A stretch of DNA of 64,000 nucleotides. Source: an uncultured bacterium. GTDB taxonomy: Bacteria > Planctomycetota > UBA1135 > GCA-002686595. Below the pieces are notes generated by a model. The model saw only the letters and a program-made list of their open reading frames with translations, ran no database searches and was not told the DNA's origin. Every line of letters starts with the position of its first letter. Position 1 is the first letter of the stretch. This document shows positions 8,678 to 22,567 of this stretch, piece after piece. A program made the position numbers and the translations under genes. Where the stretch lies: the NCBI GenBank assembly GCA_937896235.1, contig CALBMX010000107.1, forward strand, positions 6,245 through 70,244. Direction: 5' to 3'.

Positions 8678-10498
8678 ATGAACAATCGAACCAATAGAAC
8701 CCTCGCCCCTCTTTTTGCGACGCTGCTTGCGTTGGGGTGCGTTGCGGCCTGGATACCTACCGCCAGTGCAAGTGATGTCGAGGCAAAAATCGCCCTCGAT
8801 CCCGCCAATGTTACCACCGGCGATACGGCCCAGTTCCGCTTCACGTTGGACAACAATTCGACCGACTTGGTTGAGGATGTTTCCGTCGTGCTCGACTTCT
8901 TGGACGCGTCTGGTGGGAGTGTCTCCACACTCTTCTCCGTGGGGAACCCAGCACTCTCTGGCATCACCGCAGTGGACGGAAGTGCGAATCTTCCACCAGG
9001 CTCGACAGCTACAGCGGACTTCCCAGTGGTCGCATTACCCGCCGCAACCGCGGGCCCAGATTCGGTTCGTTATCGTGTTACGGGGGTACTCTCCGCTCGG
9101 ATCGAAGGCGCCCTCGTAACGCGCACTCTTCCCGCACAGGGGCTAGAGGTCTTTCCCGGCGCAACTCTCGAGATCGAAGCCTATGTCCCCACCCGAGTTC
9201 ATGGCGACTGGGCGGGAACGCCAGCCTTTCCCGAGGACTCGGAGCCGTTTTCGATCGGGCTTGTCATCCGGAACACAGGAGCAGGCCCGGCGAAAGCTCT
9301 CTCGATCTTATCGGGAGGCCCCAAGTTTGTACCCGATCCCGCGGGTCTCTCCCTGTTGGCTGAGATCACAGGTGTCGAGCTAAACAACACGCCCATCGAA
9401 GGGGGCTTCAACCTCGGCCCGAGTCAACTTGGAGACCTTGCACCGGGGGGCGAGCTCCGCCTTCTTTGGAGTCTTGCGGGGAACCGCGAGGCCGAGCTGA
9501 GTGGCTTTGATCTGGCGGTTGTTCACGGTAGCTCTATCGGCGGTGTTGCTGTGGCCAAGCCTTCCGCTCAATCCGAGGAGGCGCTAGTGCACGCCATGCT
9601 CGCTGTAGAAAACCCAGGGGGCCCCTTGGATGATGGAGTGATCGATTTTCTAGTGGACGAACCACTGATCTCAGCACCCATCGACCCGGTTACCGGATTC
9701 GAGTTCGAATCTTTCCCGTCCATCTTGCGGACGAGTGGTGGTGTCTCTCTCCCGCTTACAGGGCTCGTCAATGGGGTCACTGGACCAGCTCCCTCAAAGG
9801 CCAACCTGAACTCCTCGGCTTCCATCTCAAGCGCGTCCGCCGGTTGGCATTACATCCGCTTTGATGACCCCGGAGGACATACGTTTGGACTTGTACAAGT
9901 CTCTCGCACGACCACTGCTTTCCATTACACGGGGCTGCAAGTCGGCGGCTCCGGAGACGTGTCCGCTGTATGGACTACCGCGCGCCCAACGGATGCAACG
10001 GGGGATGGAGTCCCCGACTTCACTAGGCGCGAAGTTCATATCGTTGACTTCTTGCCGGGCGCCGGAAACTACAAGTACAACTTGGTGTACCAAGAGACCG
10101 CCGCCAACGCACTAAGTGCAGATGTTGAGTTCCTGTCGGATGCAACGGGAGGCACGCAGCACCTCACTCTCGACGCAGGAGTAGCTCACGCGGGAGAGAT
10201 TTATCTGGTACTCGGAAGCTTTTCGGGAACCGTTCCGGGGACTCCGGTCGGGAATACGGTGCTCCCGTTAAATGTGGATGCTTGGTTTCTGAGTACACTC
10301 ACAAACCCCACTCTACAGGCTCTATTTGGTACTTTTGGGCTACTCGATGCGAGCGGGCGCGGTACTGCGATGCTCATTCTTCCCCCGGGTTTGGTACCTG
10401 GAGGCGGAGTCACGGCGCATCACGCTTTTGTAGTCGTGCCAACGATGACACCGATCGATTTTGCGAGCAACGCGGTCCCGCTATTTGTGTTGCCCTAG
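8678..10498 (+). CDS. Secreted hypothetical protein with Ig/CARDB-like N-terminal domains; probable partner of the giant protein
   Basis: It starts 10 nt after the giant CDS stop, with a GAGGAG Shine-Dalgarno about 8 nt upstream. Signal peptide LAPLFATLLALGCVAAWIPTASA. I recognised no catalytic motif. Confidence 0.75.
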   Translation: MNNRTNRTLAPLFATLLALGCVAAWIPTASASDVEAKIALDPANVTTGDTAQFRFTLDNNSTDLVEDVSVVLDFLDASGGSVSTLFSVGNPALSGITAVDGSANLPPGSTATADFPVVALPAATAGPDSVRYRVTGVLSARIEGALVTRTLPAQGLEVFPGATLEIEAYVPTRVHGDWAGTPAFPEDSEPFSIGLVIRNTGAGPAKALSILSGGPKFVPDPAGLSLLAEITGVELNNTPIEGGFNLGPSQLGDLAPGGELRLLWSLAGNREAELSGFDLAVVHGSSIGGVAVAKPSAQSEEALVHAMLAVENPGGPLDDGVIDFLVDEPLISAPIDPVTGFEFESFPSILRTSGGVSLPLTGLVNGVTGPAPSKANLNSSASISSASAGWHYIRFDDPGGHTFGLVQVSRTTTAFHYTGLQVGGSGDVSAVWTTARPTDATGDGVPDFTRREVHIVDFLPGAGNYKYNLVYQETAANALSADVEFLSDATGGTQHLTLDAGVAHAGEIYLVLGSFSGTVPGTPVGNTVLPLNVDAWFLSTLTNPTLQALFGTFGLLDASGRGTAMLILPPGLVPGGGVTAHHAFVVVPTMTPIDFASNAVPLFVLP

Positions 10499-10746
10499 CC
10501 AACCGCAGGAGATCACCAGCTCCTCTGCGCCATGGACACAACGCCGGCGCCCACACTCTGTATTGTGAGCACTTGGCCAGGGGAAGCGCCGCTCTCAGCG
10601 AGCGTTTCTCCCGACATGGCTTGCGCCGCAGCCGGCAGCTGCCCAGCGCCAGTAGAGCGGGTGGAAACCTAGGGTCGTTGCGGTAAGGCTTGGATACAAA
10701 TCCGGGGATGGTCTCCCGCCATGCAATTTGCGCTTCCGGTTGCTAG

Positions 10747-14849
<4,103 letters not shown>

Positions 14850-14868
14850 GCGTTGGGGAAACTCTTCG

Positions 14869-17025
14869 CTAGCAGCGCTCCAAGCGGACCCGCATATCTA
14901 GGATGCAGCTCCCTTCGCCGTCGTATCCAGCTAGGAATGGATTGAGGTCGAACTCGGCGATCTCCGGCAAGTCCGTCAACATTTGGCTGAGGCGCAAGAG
15001 GAGCTCCTCTAGCTCAGCTTTGTTGACAGGCGGCTTCCCGCGGGCGCCTTCTAGCATCGCAACCGAGCGGATGCCATTGACCATTTCCGCCGCGTCCGCC
15101 GGGGTTAGGGGGTGAACACGGAAGACTACGTCCTTTAGGATCTCAACGTGGATCCCGCCCAAACCAAAGGCGAGCATCTTGCCAAAGACGGGGTCGCTGG
15201 CGGCGCCGAAAAAGGTCTCGACGCCACCCGAGCGCATCGACTGCAAGAGGATCTCCATGTTGGGGAAGTCCTTGCCGAAGCGCGCCTCTAAAGTGTCGTA
15301 GGCGTCAAGCAGATCTTCACGGTCCCGTATCCCAAGGATTACCCCGCCGCTGTCGGACTTATGGGAGAGCTCTTTGATTTCGACCTTTGCAACAAGGGGG
15401 AAGCCGAGCCTCTTCGCCTTAGAGAGCGCCTGTTCCCGGCTAGAGACGATGCTGCTAGGCACAACCGGAATACCGTAGGCGCGTGTCAATGTGAATAGCT
15501 CGGTACCGTTGAGAGTGTCACGCCCTGCGTCGAGTGCCGAGGTGATGACCTTCCGCGCTTTGGTCTTGTTGACACGGAACTTGGGTGCAACTTCACTGGG
15601 TCGTTCGCGAAGTTTCTTGAGCTTGCGAAGGCCGATGAGGACGGCTGCGGCCTCTTCCGGGAAGCGGTAGTTTGGCACACCGGCGCGGTGGAGAATCTCG
15701 ATCGCCGGATCGTGTTGGTCTTTGCCTGGGAGGCAGGTCACAAACGGCTTCTCCGTTGCAGCAGCGTGCTTCGCAAACACCGTAGCTACGGACTCTGCAT
15801 CAATCATGATCGGCGCAACAAAGATCGCTAGGACCATGTCCACATTGGGATCGGTTCGCACAATTTGGAGGGCGGCGTCAAAGCGCTTGGCGTCTCCGCT
15901 TGCGATCAAGTCTACGGGGTTTGCGAACGACGCTTCCGGCGGGAGCAATTTCTTCAAAAGCGTGTTGGTCTTCTTGGAGAAGTCCGCCATCACTAGCCCC
16001 TCGGAGACAATAGCATCGGTCGCCAAAATACCCGGGCCCCCTGCATTGGTGACGATCGCGAGGCGACGACCTGAGGGGAGCTTGCCCGCCTGGACAGCGC
16101 CAGCAAGTGCAAAGAGCTCCTTCATCGAGTCGACGCGAAGCACGCCGCACTGGTAGAGGAGTGAGTCCACTGCCGCTTCCGATCCGGCGAGAGAGCCTGT
16201 GTGGGAAATCGCTGCTTTGGCGCCACTTGCGGTCCGGCCAGACTTGACGACTAGAATCGGCTTCTTGCGGGAGACGCGACGGGCGATTGGCATGAAGCGC
16301 TCGGGTTCTCCGAAGGCCTCTAGGTACATGAGGATTTCGGTGGTCGCCTCGTCGTCACCCCAATACTCGAGCAGGTCCGCAGGGGAGACGTCCGCTCGGT
16401 TTCCAACACTCGCGAACATGCTCATGCCAAGACCCAAACTGCGAGCGTCGGAGAGGATCGCCGCACCAAGTGCTCCCGATTGGGAGAGGAAGGCGGCGCG
16501 CCCACGAATGGGCTGCGTGTCCGCGAACGAGGCGTTCATCGAGATGTCCGCCGCTGTGTTCAAAATGCCCATGCAGTTCGGGCCGATCAACCGGATACCG
16601 AACTTTTTGCAAAGGGCGACGAGCTCGACCTGCCGCGAAGTCCCCTCGCCGCCAACCTCGGAGAAGCCCGCTGTGATCACCACGATGCCTCGAACCCCTT
16701 TCTTGCCGCAGTCCTTGACGGCATCGAGCACGAGTGGGGCAGGGACCACGATCACGGCTAGATCCACGACACCTGGGATTCCCGAGACCTTCTTAAAGCA
16801 GTGTGCAGAGTGCACAACGGTCGCCCCCGGGTTGACGGGATAGACAGGACCAGTGAAGTTGCCCTCAACCAGGTTGCGGACGATTTGGTGCCCGATCTGG
16901 TTTACCCTGCGGCTCGCGCCGATCACCGCAATGGCGCGAGGCCGAAAGAGCGCGTCCAAGCTAGAAGGCGAGTTGGCCTTTGTGGGTGCGATCTTAGGTG
17001 TCTTGCGCTTGCGGCTAGTGGCCAT
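14869..17025 (-). CDS. Acetyl-CoA synthetase (ADP-forming), fused alpha/beta type (acetate--CoA ligase family)
   Basis: CoA-binding start FRPRAIAVIGASRR, a GPNCMGI motif, and an ATP-grasp C-terminal half (GFPLVAKV...SHKSDSGGV). The ORF is open to 17115, but the MATSRKRK start at 17025 is more plausible. Confidence 0.85.
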   Translation of the reverse strand: MATSRKRKTPKIAPTKANSPSSLDALFRPRAIAVIGASRRVNQIGHQIVRNLVEGNFTGPVYPVNPGATVVHSAHCFKKVSGIPGVVDLAVIVVPAPLVLDAVKDCGKKGVRGIVVITAGFSEVGGEGTSRQVELVALCKKFGIRLIGPNCMGILNTAADISMNASFADTQPIRGRAAFLSQSGALGAAILSDARSLGLGMSMFASVGNRADVSPADLLEYWGDDEATTEILMYLEAFGEPERFMPIARRVSRKKPILVVKSGRTASGAKAAISHTGSLAGSEAAVDSLLYQCGVLRVDSMKELFALAGAVQAGKLPSGRRLAIVTNAGGPGILATDAIVSEGLVMADFSKKTNTLLKKLLPPEASFANPVDLIASGDAKRFDAALQIVRTDPNVDMVLAIFVAPIMIDAESVATVFAKHAAATEKPFVTCLPGKDQHDPAIEILHRAGVPNYRFPEEAAAVLIGLRKLKKLRERPSEVAPKFRVNKTKARKVITSALDAGRDTLNGTELFTLTRAYGIPVVPSSIVSSREQALSKAKRLGFPLVAKVEIKELSHKSDSGGVILGIRDREDLLDAYDTLEARFGKDFPNMEILLQSMRSGGVETFFGAASDPVFGKMLAFGLGGIHVEILKDVVFRVHPLTPADAAEMVNGIRSVAMLEGARGKPPVNKAELEELLLRLSQMLTDLPEIAEFDLNPFLAGYDGEGSCILDMRVRLERC

Positions 17026-17171
17026 AACGTATTGCCGCGGTGTACCGGGCGGTGGGTGTTTGCTCGGGGCGCCGGGCAATGGGTGGACTGAAGGGAGCAG
17101 CGATTTCGCGGACAAGTATATTTCTTATGTCATCGAAATGGCGCGCCATCACCGCGTTGTTGCACGATCGC

Positions 17172-19742
17172 CTAGTGGTTGGCGGAATCGGCCAGGGGCT
17201 TCTCCTCTTGGGCGATCCACTTTCCGAAAACATCGTGGCCAAGGCCTCGTGCTAGGTCGTCCCATACAGCAAGCAGTCCAGGGCCTCCTGTGGTGAGCAG
17301 GGGCGCTAACATCGGGGCATGACGATCTTCGACATAATTCGTCGCTGTCTCGTTGATGAGCATACGGGGTCCAAGGGCTCTTCCGTCCGCGCTGACGCGT
17401 CGCATGAAGCAGTGATCGCGACCTGAGATGTCGTCTTCCCATGCGATAAAAAGTTCACCGTTGGGCATGCGAACGACCTCGGGATAGTCCTGCTCATTTG
17501 CCTTGACCGAGACGCCCATCGCCGGGCCGGACGGCTCTCCATTCGGGGCCATCGGCCGTGCAAACACATCGCGAACGGGACCGTCGTTTCCGGTCCAAAC
17601 AAGCAGGAAGGAGCCCGCGGGGTTGAGGCTGCCCGCTCGCAGAGGTGCGACGGAAGGATCAAGGTCCCCACCGTTGGGTGAGGGGGCGAAATGGAGAGAC
17701 TCGCCTTGGGGGTGCCCATTTGCGTCGAGGAAACGGCCCGACAAGATACGCGTCTCCTCTTGGGGCTTTCCAGCGACTTTCGAAGCCGAACCACGTGCCG
17801 GCGGGGACTGGCCGATGTCGTCCCAAACTGCAAGGAAGCGGCCGTCATCCAAGTGACAGAGTGCAGGCCTTGCGGCGTTCTCAGCAGTGCGATTGGTCAG
17901 AGAGTGGGGACTCCCCAGCGCCTTCCCTTGATGATCGAGTCGCAAGGCGAAGGGGCCTTCCCCGCTCCGAGTCCATGTCAGCATGTAGCCAGCGTTGCGC
18001 GGGAGTGCAACTAGGGCGGAGCCCCACGTCCCTGAAACCGTATGGCCCGAATCCAAATCGGTGGCGGCACCGAGCGAGCTCCCATCGGAGTCAAAAGCCT
18101 GGCCTCGCAAGACGAAGCCACCCTCTAGAGACTCCGCCCAGGTCACTAGGAACGAGGTGTCCTCGGCAACGGCAACCTCGGGGAAAGCGCATCGGACGCC
18201 GTTGAACTCGGCATAGATCTCCTCACCCAAAAGCAGAGAGCGCGACGCATTGGCCTCCTCACGACGTGTTGCATTGGAGCCCGCTGCCACGTGGATCGTG
18301 CGGGCTACGATTCGCGCCTCGCCATCTCGGCCGTCTTCCCACACGGCGACGCCGGTCTCACCAGAGGCGGCGACGGCGGCGTGAGTTTGGTCGCTACTCG
18401 CTATATCCCGGTTCCAGCAATAAGCCTCTCGGAAGGGCTCGGCGAGGGATATTTGACGATAATAAACATCAGCGGTGTCCGCGCGCGAGTCCGTCCATGC
18501 GACAAGAAAGTTGACGCCGGAAGCCGCGATTCTTGGGCCGCGAGCATCCATCGCACCCGCATCAAGCGCATCGATCCCACCGGGTGGCGTGACCGCTTTG
18601 CCCTTGTCATCAAAAATGTGAAGTTGGAATGCGCCAGCACGACAGCGGGGAACAAGTTGTGGAGGCTGCTCACGTTTTTCTTCAACGACAACCGCGATGG
18701 CTCTCCCATCGGCCCAAGTGCACATGTCTGCAGAGGCGACTTGGCCCTTGGCAAGCGCTGCAGTCTTGCGGTCAGTGCGCCCTGTAATATCGAGGTGGAT
18801 AAGCGAGAGCTGACCTTTGGTTTGTGCAAGAACCCACCATCCGGCATCCGGCGCAGCTTCATCACGACTCACCTCAAGTATTCGACCACTGCCAAGCCCA
18901 ATCGCAGTGCCCGGTTCCCCGGTCTTGGGCATACTCATAAGCTGTAGGCGCATCTCTCCATCTGCCGTCCATCCGACGGCTAGGTCTCCGGTTGTCGCTA
19001 AGGCGAGGTGGAACTGGCCACCCGCTGCAGTCACGCTCTCTGCCAGGGTGAACTCCGGACCAGGCCGCAGCACGCCCTTCTCTGTATCCCGAGTCAAGCT
19101 ACGACCAACAATCGAACCCGCCCGTAGCCAGGCAACGGCACCGAATCCGTTGTGGAGTACTTGGATTTGCGCACCTGAGAAGCTATCAAGCGCGCCCAAG
19201 CTGATCGGCGGGCTGGTGAATACCTCTTCGCCAGCAACGCTGGTGTCGAACATACGGACGGTCGTCAGGATGCCACCCATCTCCTGTGCGGTCCAGGCGA
19301 TCGCGCCGGCCGTCCGACTGGAACCCAGAGGGAACTGGGCGAGCGTGGGCAGAACCTGCCGACTTGAGCGAGGCGCGTGGATTGGAATGCCATCCGCCGA
19401 CTCTTTCGCCCCAATCCCCAGCAGCCCAAAATAGAGACCGAGGTTGCCGTCTCGCGTGTCCGACCAAACCGCCGAAAACCCAGATTGTCCACCTGCCAGG
19501 GCCTTCAAGGTCTGATTGGCACCACCTGAGTTGTCGCTGTGAAGCTGCTGCCCTTGCGCAGCCCGAACGGCTGGCGGAAGCACACCGGGCTCGCCAACTT
19601 CCATAGTGAAGCCACCTGGATAGTAGATGATTCCATCGCGAATATCTTGAGCCTGAGCTTGCGTGGCAAACAAGAAGGCAACGGGAAGAAAGGTGGCGTG
19701 GGCTAAGGCGAGGAGAGACGTTGGGCGATAGGGCAAGTTCAT
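17172..19742 (-). CDS. Secreted repeat protein, about 14 W-x-D/E blades (beta-propeller-like), unknown function
   Basis: Signal MNLPYRPTSLLALAHATFLPVAFLFATQAQAQD from the internal ATG at 19742. Repeats include VWSDTRDGNLGLYF, VAWTDSRADTADVYYRQ, VAVWEDGRDGEARIVAR, LVTWAESLEGGFVLRGQAFDSDG, LLVWTGNDGPVRDVFARPMAPNG, FIAWEDDISGRDHCFMRRVSADG and LAVWDDLARGLGHDVFGKW. Confidence 0.7.
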   Translation of the reverse strand: MNLPYRPTSLLALAHATFLPVAFLFATQAQAQDIRDGIIYYPGGFTMEVGEPGVLPPAVRAAQGQQLHSDNSGGANQTLKALAGGQSGFSAVWSDTRDGNLGLYFGLLGIGAKESADGIPIHAPRSSRQVLPTLAQFPLGSSRTAGAIAWTAQEMGGILTTVRMFDTSVAGEEVFTSPPISLGALDSFSGAQIQVLHNGFGAVAWLRAGSIVGRSLTRDTEKGVLRPGPEFTLAESVTAAGGQFHLALATTGDLAVGWTADGEMRLQLMSMPKTGEPGTAIGLGSGRILEVSRDEAAPDAGWWVLAQTKGQLSLIHLDITGRTDRKTAALAKGQVASADMCTWADGRAIAVVVEEKREQPPQLVPRCRAGAFQLHIFDDKGKAVTPPGGIDALDAGAMDARGPRIAASGVNFLVAWTDSRADTADVYYRQISLAEPFREAYCWNRDIASSDQTHAAVAASGETGVAVWEDGRDGEARIVARTIHVAAGSNATRREEANASRSLLLGEEIYAEFNGVRCAFPEVAVAEDTSFLVTWAESLEGGFVLRGQAFDSDGSSLGAATDLDSGHTVSGTWGSALVALPRNAGYMLTWTRSGEGPFALRLDHQGKALGSPHSLTNRTAENAARPALCHLDDGRFLAVWDDIGQSPPARGSASKVAGKPQEETRILSGRFLDANGHPQGESLHFAPSPNGGDLDPSVAPLRAGSLNPAGSFLLVWTGNDGPVRDVFARPMAPNGEPSGPAMGVSVKANEQDYPEVVRMPNGELFIAWEDDISGRDHCFMRRVSADGRALGPRMLINETATNYVEDRHAPMLAPLLTTGGPGLLAVWDDLARGLGHDVFGKWIAQEEKPLADSANH

Positions 19743-19809
19743 ACCATCAGGATAGCTTGGTCGGTGACTTGTAGCGAAACCGGTTTGTAACCGGATCGAA
19801 ATCTGCACT

Positions 19810-21081
19810 CTAATCGCGTTCGCCAAACGCGGGCACAACGTAAGTCGCCTCTGGATCCACGACGTAGCTGTACGGAGAGGTCCAATTAGCAGTGTAGAAG
19901 TCGGCCAGCGTTCTTACCGCGCTGGCGCCGTCGAGCAAGAAGCCCACATTGCGCGACTCATAGAAATAGTTCTTCTCCCAGTTACTACTTCCGACCCACG
20001 CCTTGTCGCTATCTACCACCATGTACTTCGCATGGATCACACGGCCGAATGGAATGTGGCCAGTCGTATGCTCTGGGACCGTGATCATGCGGACTTGTAT
20101 GTCATCGCGCGCACTTAGCTTCTGTAGGCCCTCGATCGTCCCTTTGCGCTTTCCCCAATCAGCTACGAGGATTCGCACGTCCACACCCCGCTCCGCCGCG
20201 CCAAGAATCGCAGCTTGCAAAGCGGTGAACTCCTCACCATTCCAGCCGTTCATACGAAAGGTCATGACCTGGATCCAGAGCCTCTCCTGTGCGCCGTCGA
20301 TACGTGCGAGGATGTGGGGGAGATCCCAGGAGTCTTGGTGAGGGAGCAGGTCTTTAGGGCTGAATACGGGCGTGACCACGATCGTCTCTCCAGTGGTGCT
20401 TCCTGCGGGAATGTAGAGTGTCGTGTTGCCCACAAGAGGCCAGCTCCCTTTGGGCTCGGGGCAGCTCCCTCGCTCACCGCCCCCGGAGAGGTACCAGTCC
20501 ATTTCAAAGACGTCGGTCATAGCGATGCCTACGGATTCGATCACAACCGAGAGGCCGAGCTCTTGGATGTGCTCTAACGAGCGCCAGTCGAAGTTCGCAC
20601 TGCCAGCGTAGAACGACTTGCGGTCAGCGATCATGTACTTGGCGTGCATGACTCCTCCGGCCAGGGCTTTCATGTTGAGTGTCCGAACCTCAACGCCCTC
20701 CGTGGATTGGAGGCGTGCCAAGAGGGCTGGATACGTCCTTTCAAAACCACTATCGGCAATCATTCGAATCGCTACTCTGTCTTTTGCGGCGGTGATCAGG
20801 CTAGCGATAACCTCGGTCAATGCGGTGGGGGTCTCTGGGTCGATATCGCCGTCGGGTCCGCAATCGCTCGCGTAGAAAAACGCTAAATCCAAGGATGTCT
20901 TCGCGCTTCGGATGTGCTGCAACCACTCGTCCTTGGTGGCTGGCAGGTTGCTTGGCAACTCCGTTTGAACGGGTGTTGTCGCTGCGAAAAGGCTTGTTGG
21001 GGGACTGCTCTCACCCTCCAGAATCCTAGGAGTGGCGGAGGCGAAGGTCACGATGGCAAGGAAGATTATGAATAGACGCAT
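19810..21081 (-). CDS. Secreted phospholipase D family protein (two HKD motifs)
   Basis: HAKYMIADRKSFYAGSANFD and HAKYMVVDSDKAWVGSSNWE. Signal peptide MRLFIIFLAIVTFASA. Confidence 0.85.
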   Translation of the reverse strand: MRLFIIFLAIVTFASATPRILEGESSPPTSLFAATTPVQTELPSNLPATKDEWLQHIRSAKTSLDLAFFYASDCGPDGDIDPETPTALTEVIASLITAAKDRVAIRMIADSGFERTYPALLARLQSTEGVEVRTLNMKALAGGVMHAKYMIADRKSFYAGSANFDWRSLEHIQELGLSVVIESVGIAMTDVFEMDWYLSGGGERGSCPEPKGSWPLVGNTTLYIPAGSTTGETIVVTPVFSPKDLLPHQDSWDLPHILARIDGAQERLWIQVMTFRMNGWNGEEFTALQAAILGAAERGVDVRILVADWGKRKGTIEGLQKLSARDDIQVRMITVPEHTTGHIPFGRVIHAKYMVVDSDKAWVGSSNWEKNYFYESRNVGFLLDGASAVRTLADFYTANWTSPYSYVVDPEATYVVPAFGERD

Positions 21082-21099
21082 GATGAAGAGACGGAGAGG

Positions 21100-21779
21100 C
21101 TAAAAGGGGAAGTTTGGCGGCTTTTGGAGGCGGCTGCGCCTCTTGCGGTACTCATCTCGTGCCAAGTGAAAGCGCTCGGGTTGGAGCCGTGGCTCTTCGC
21201 AATCGGTGACTTGAACTCCCGCGGTGCGGAAGGCGCCAAAGTCGTCGGAGAGCGCGCGGTGATAGGTCGGGAACGCGCTTGTGAAGCGGCCGCGTGCGGC
21301 AGCTAGGTGGGCGCGACTCTCGAAGTAGCTGTGTGTCCACCGATAAGTGACCACCGAGCTGCGTGGATCTTCATCGACAGTAGTGGTGTTGTCTTTGGGG
21401 AAGCAGGGGTGGCTGAAAATTGCGATGGCTATACCGCCGGGACGAAGGGTCGCAAACAGGCCATCCAGCGCGGACTGGATGTCGGGCAAGTCCATGAGCA
21501 CGTAGTTCGAGATAGCTAAATCGAATGAGCTTGCGCGCAGAGAGCTTGTCTCCATTAGGGACATGCAGCTACCCGGAAAGTGGTCGACTCGAGTCCTTGT
21601 TCCGCAGCCCGTTGGCTCGCGATCGGGATCATGCGCTCGGAGGAATCTACGCCGACGAAACGCGCTCCACGCCGCGCCATTTCGCGTGACAGGTAGCCCG
21701 TACGACAACATGCATCGAGCACGTCGAGGGCCGCTACTTCGCCTGGAGAGCGCCACCGGACGGGATTCGAATTTAGGCG
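21100..21779 (-). pseudogene. Class I SAM-dependent methyltransferase, disrupted by an in-frame TGA and a frameshift
   Basis: Motif I and its surroundings (EVAALDVLDACCRTGYLSREMARRGARFVGVDSSERMIPIA) read only in the frame of nt 21779-21558, which ends in TAA at 21555-21557. The C-terminal half (FDLAISNYVLMDLPD...LRPGGIAIAIFSHPCFP) reads in a different frame (21566-21100). The N-terminal frame has no start codon after the TGA at 21780-21782. Confidence 0.6.
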
Positions 21780-22346
21780 TCAATTCGGGTCGCCCTCCTC
21801 ACCAACCTGTGTATCCCAATCGCTCGCCTTTACATCCCAGCTCGACGTGGCATCGGCGAGGTCTGGCGAGTAGACCACGTCAAAACGCTCTGCGGCGAGC
21901 AGCATGTTTTCATCCGGAAGGAGGCCCGCTTTGCCAAGTACCCGAGTGTAGTAATCCCAGTGCACACGCCGCCAGTACGCTAGGCTCTTGTCGCCCTCAC
22001 CTTCGGTTGCGGCAAACTCCGCCGTGATCTCGTTGAACGGCACGATGTCAACTCGCGTGGTTTGAATGACGCAGCGCGCAACCCCCGCGCTATCGAGGAT
22101 GAGGCTGAGCTCGCCAACGTGGGGGAGCGGATCGCCAGCAGCCTCGAATTCGGCTAATGAGCCAGCTGTGGCGCGTTTGATGCCTCTGAGGACTAGCGCG
22201 AGAAGCTGATCGGCATCCGCGGCGTTATCGCAAAACGGCCATGCCGTAAATGTCTTTTCCGTTGTGGCTACAGTCTCACCGAGGGATGCGAGGTAGGCCT
22301 CCCAAAGTCGTGAAACGGATCCTGCATCCGGAAGAGCCTGCGCCAT
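21780..22346 (-). CDS. ASCH domain-containing protein
   Basis: LALVLRGIKRATAGSL, a GELSLILDSAGVARCVIQTTRV core and EFAATEGEGDKSLAYWRRVHWDYY are typical of ASCH/YqfB-like proteins. The last ~25 aa (SSWDVKASDWDTQVGEEGDPN) look like a methyltransferase N-terminus instead. Confidence 0.75.
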   Translation of the reverse strand: MAQALPDAGSVSRLWEAYLASLGETVATTEKTFTAWPFCDNAADADQLLALVLRGIKRATAGSLAEFEAAGDPLPHVGELSLILDSAGVARCVIQTTRVDIVPFNEITAEFAATEGEGDKSLAYWRRVHWDYYTRVLGKAGLLPDENMLLAAERFDVVYSPDLADATSSWDVKASDWDTQVGEEGDPN

Positions 22347-22355
22347 GAAGCCCTC

Positions 22356-22565
22356 CTAGCCGGCGCCGTTCGCGCCGATCGCGCCGATAGCAGCGGCGAT
22401 CGCCGCGACTGCGCCGCCGCCCATTGCGAAAAATACGGCGCAGAGAAAACTCACGATAAACATGGCGGGGATCGAAGCTAAGCTCCACTTCACCATCAAT
22501 CCAACCGCGGAAAAAAAGGAGATGTCGACCCCGGTGATCACGACCTCTTTAGGTGCAGGCGCCAT
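22356..22565 (-). CDS. Small two-TM membrane protein (69 aa), hypothetical
   Basis: The ATG lies 2 nt after the fabI stop codon. It has two hydrophobic helices (ISFFSAVGLMVKWSLASIPAMFIVSFLCAVFFAM) and a Gly/Ala-rich tail. Confidence 0.4.
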   Translation of the reverse strand: MAPAPKEVVITGVDISFFSAVGLMVKWSLASIPAMFIVSFLCAVFFAMGGGAVAAIAAAIGAIGANGAG

Positions 22566-22567
22566 GG

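Noticed and set aside
17026-17115. Long N-terminal extensions of supplied ORFs. Others are at 19743-19838, 40807-41010, 24191-24241, 24964-25143, 28520-28642, 33251-33376 and 49896-49949.
   Set aside because: The extensions overlap neighbouring genes or precede clear signal peptides or conserved N-termini. Internal starts give standard gene spacing, often with ATGA or GTGA coupling. The exact starts remain provisional.
21780-21782. TGA between the ASCH and methyltransferase parts as a recoded (sense or selenocysteine) codon.
   Set aside because: TGA is used as an ordinary stop by many well-supported genes in this window, such as the ATGA-coupled pairs. A frameshift further downstream also disrupts the gene, so decay is the simpler explanation.
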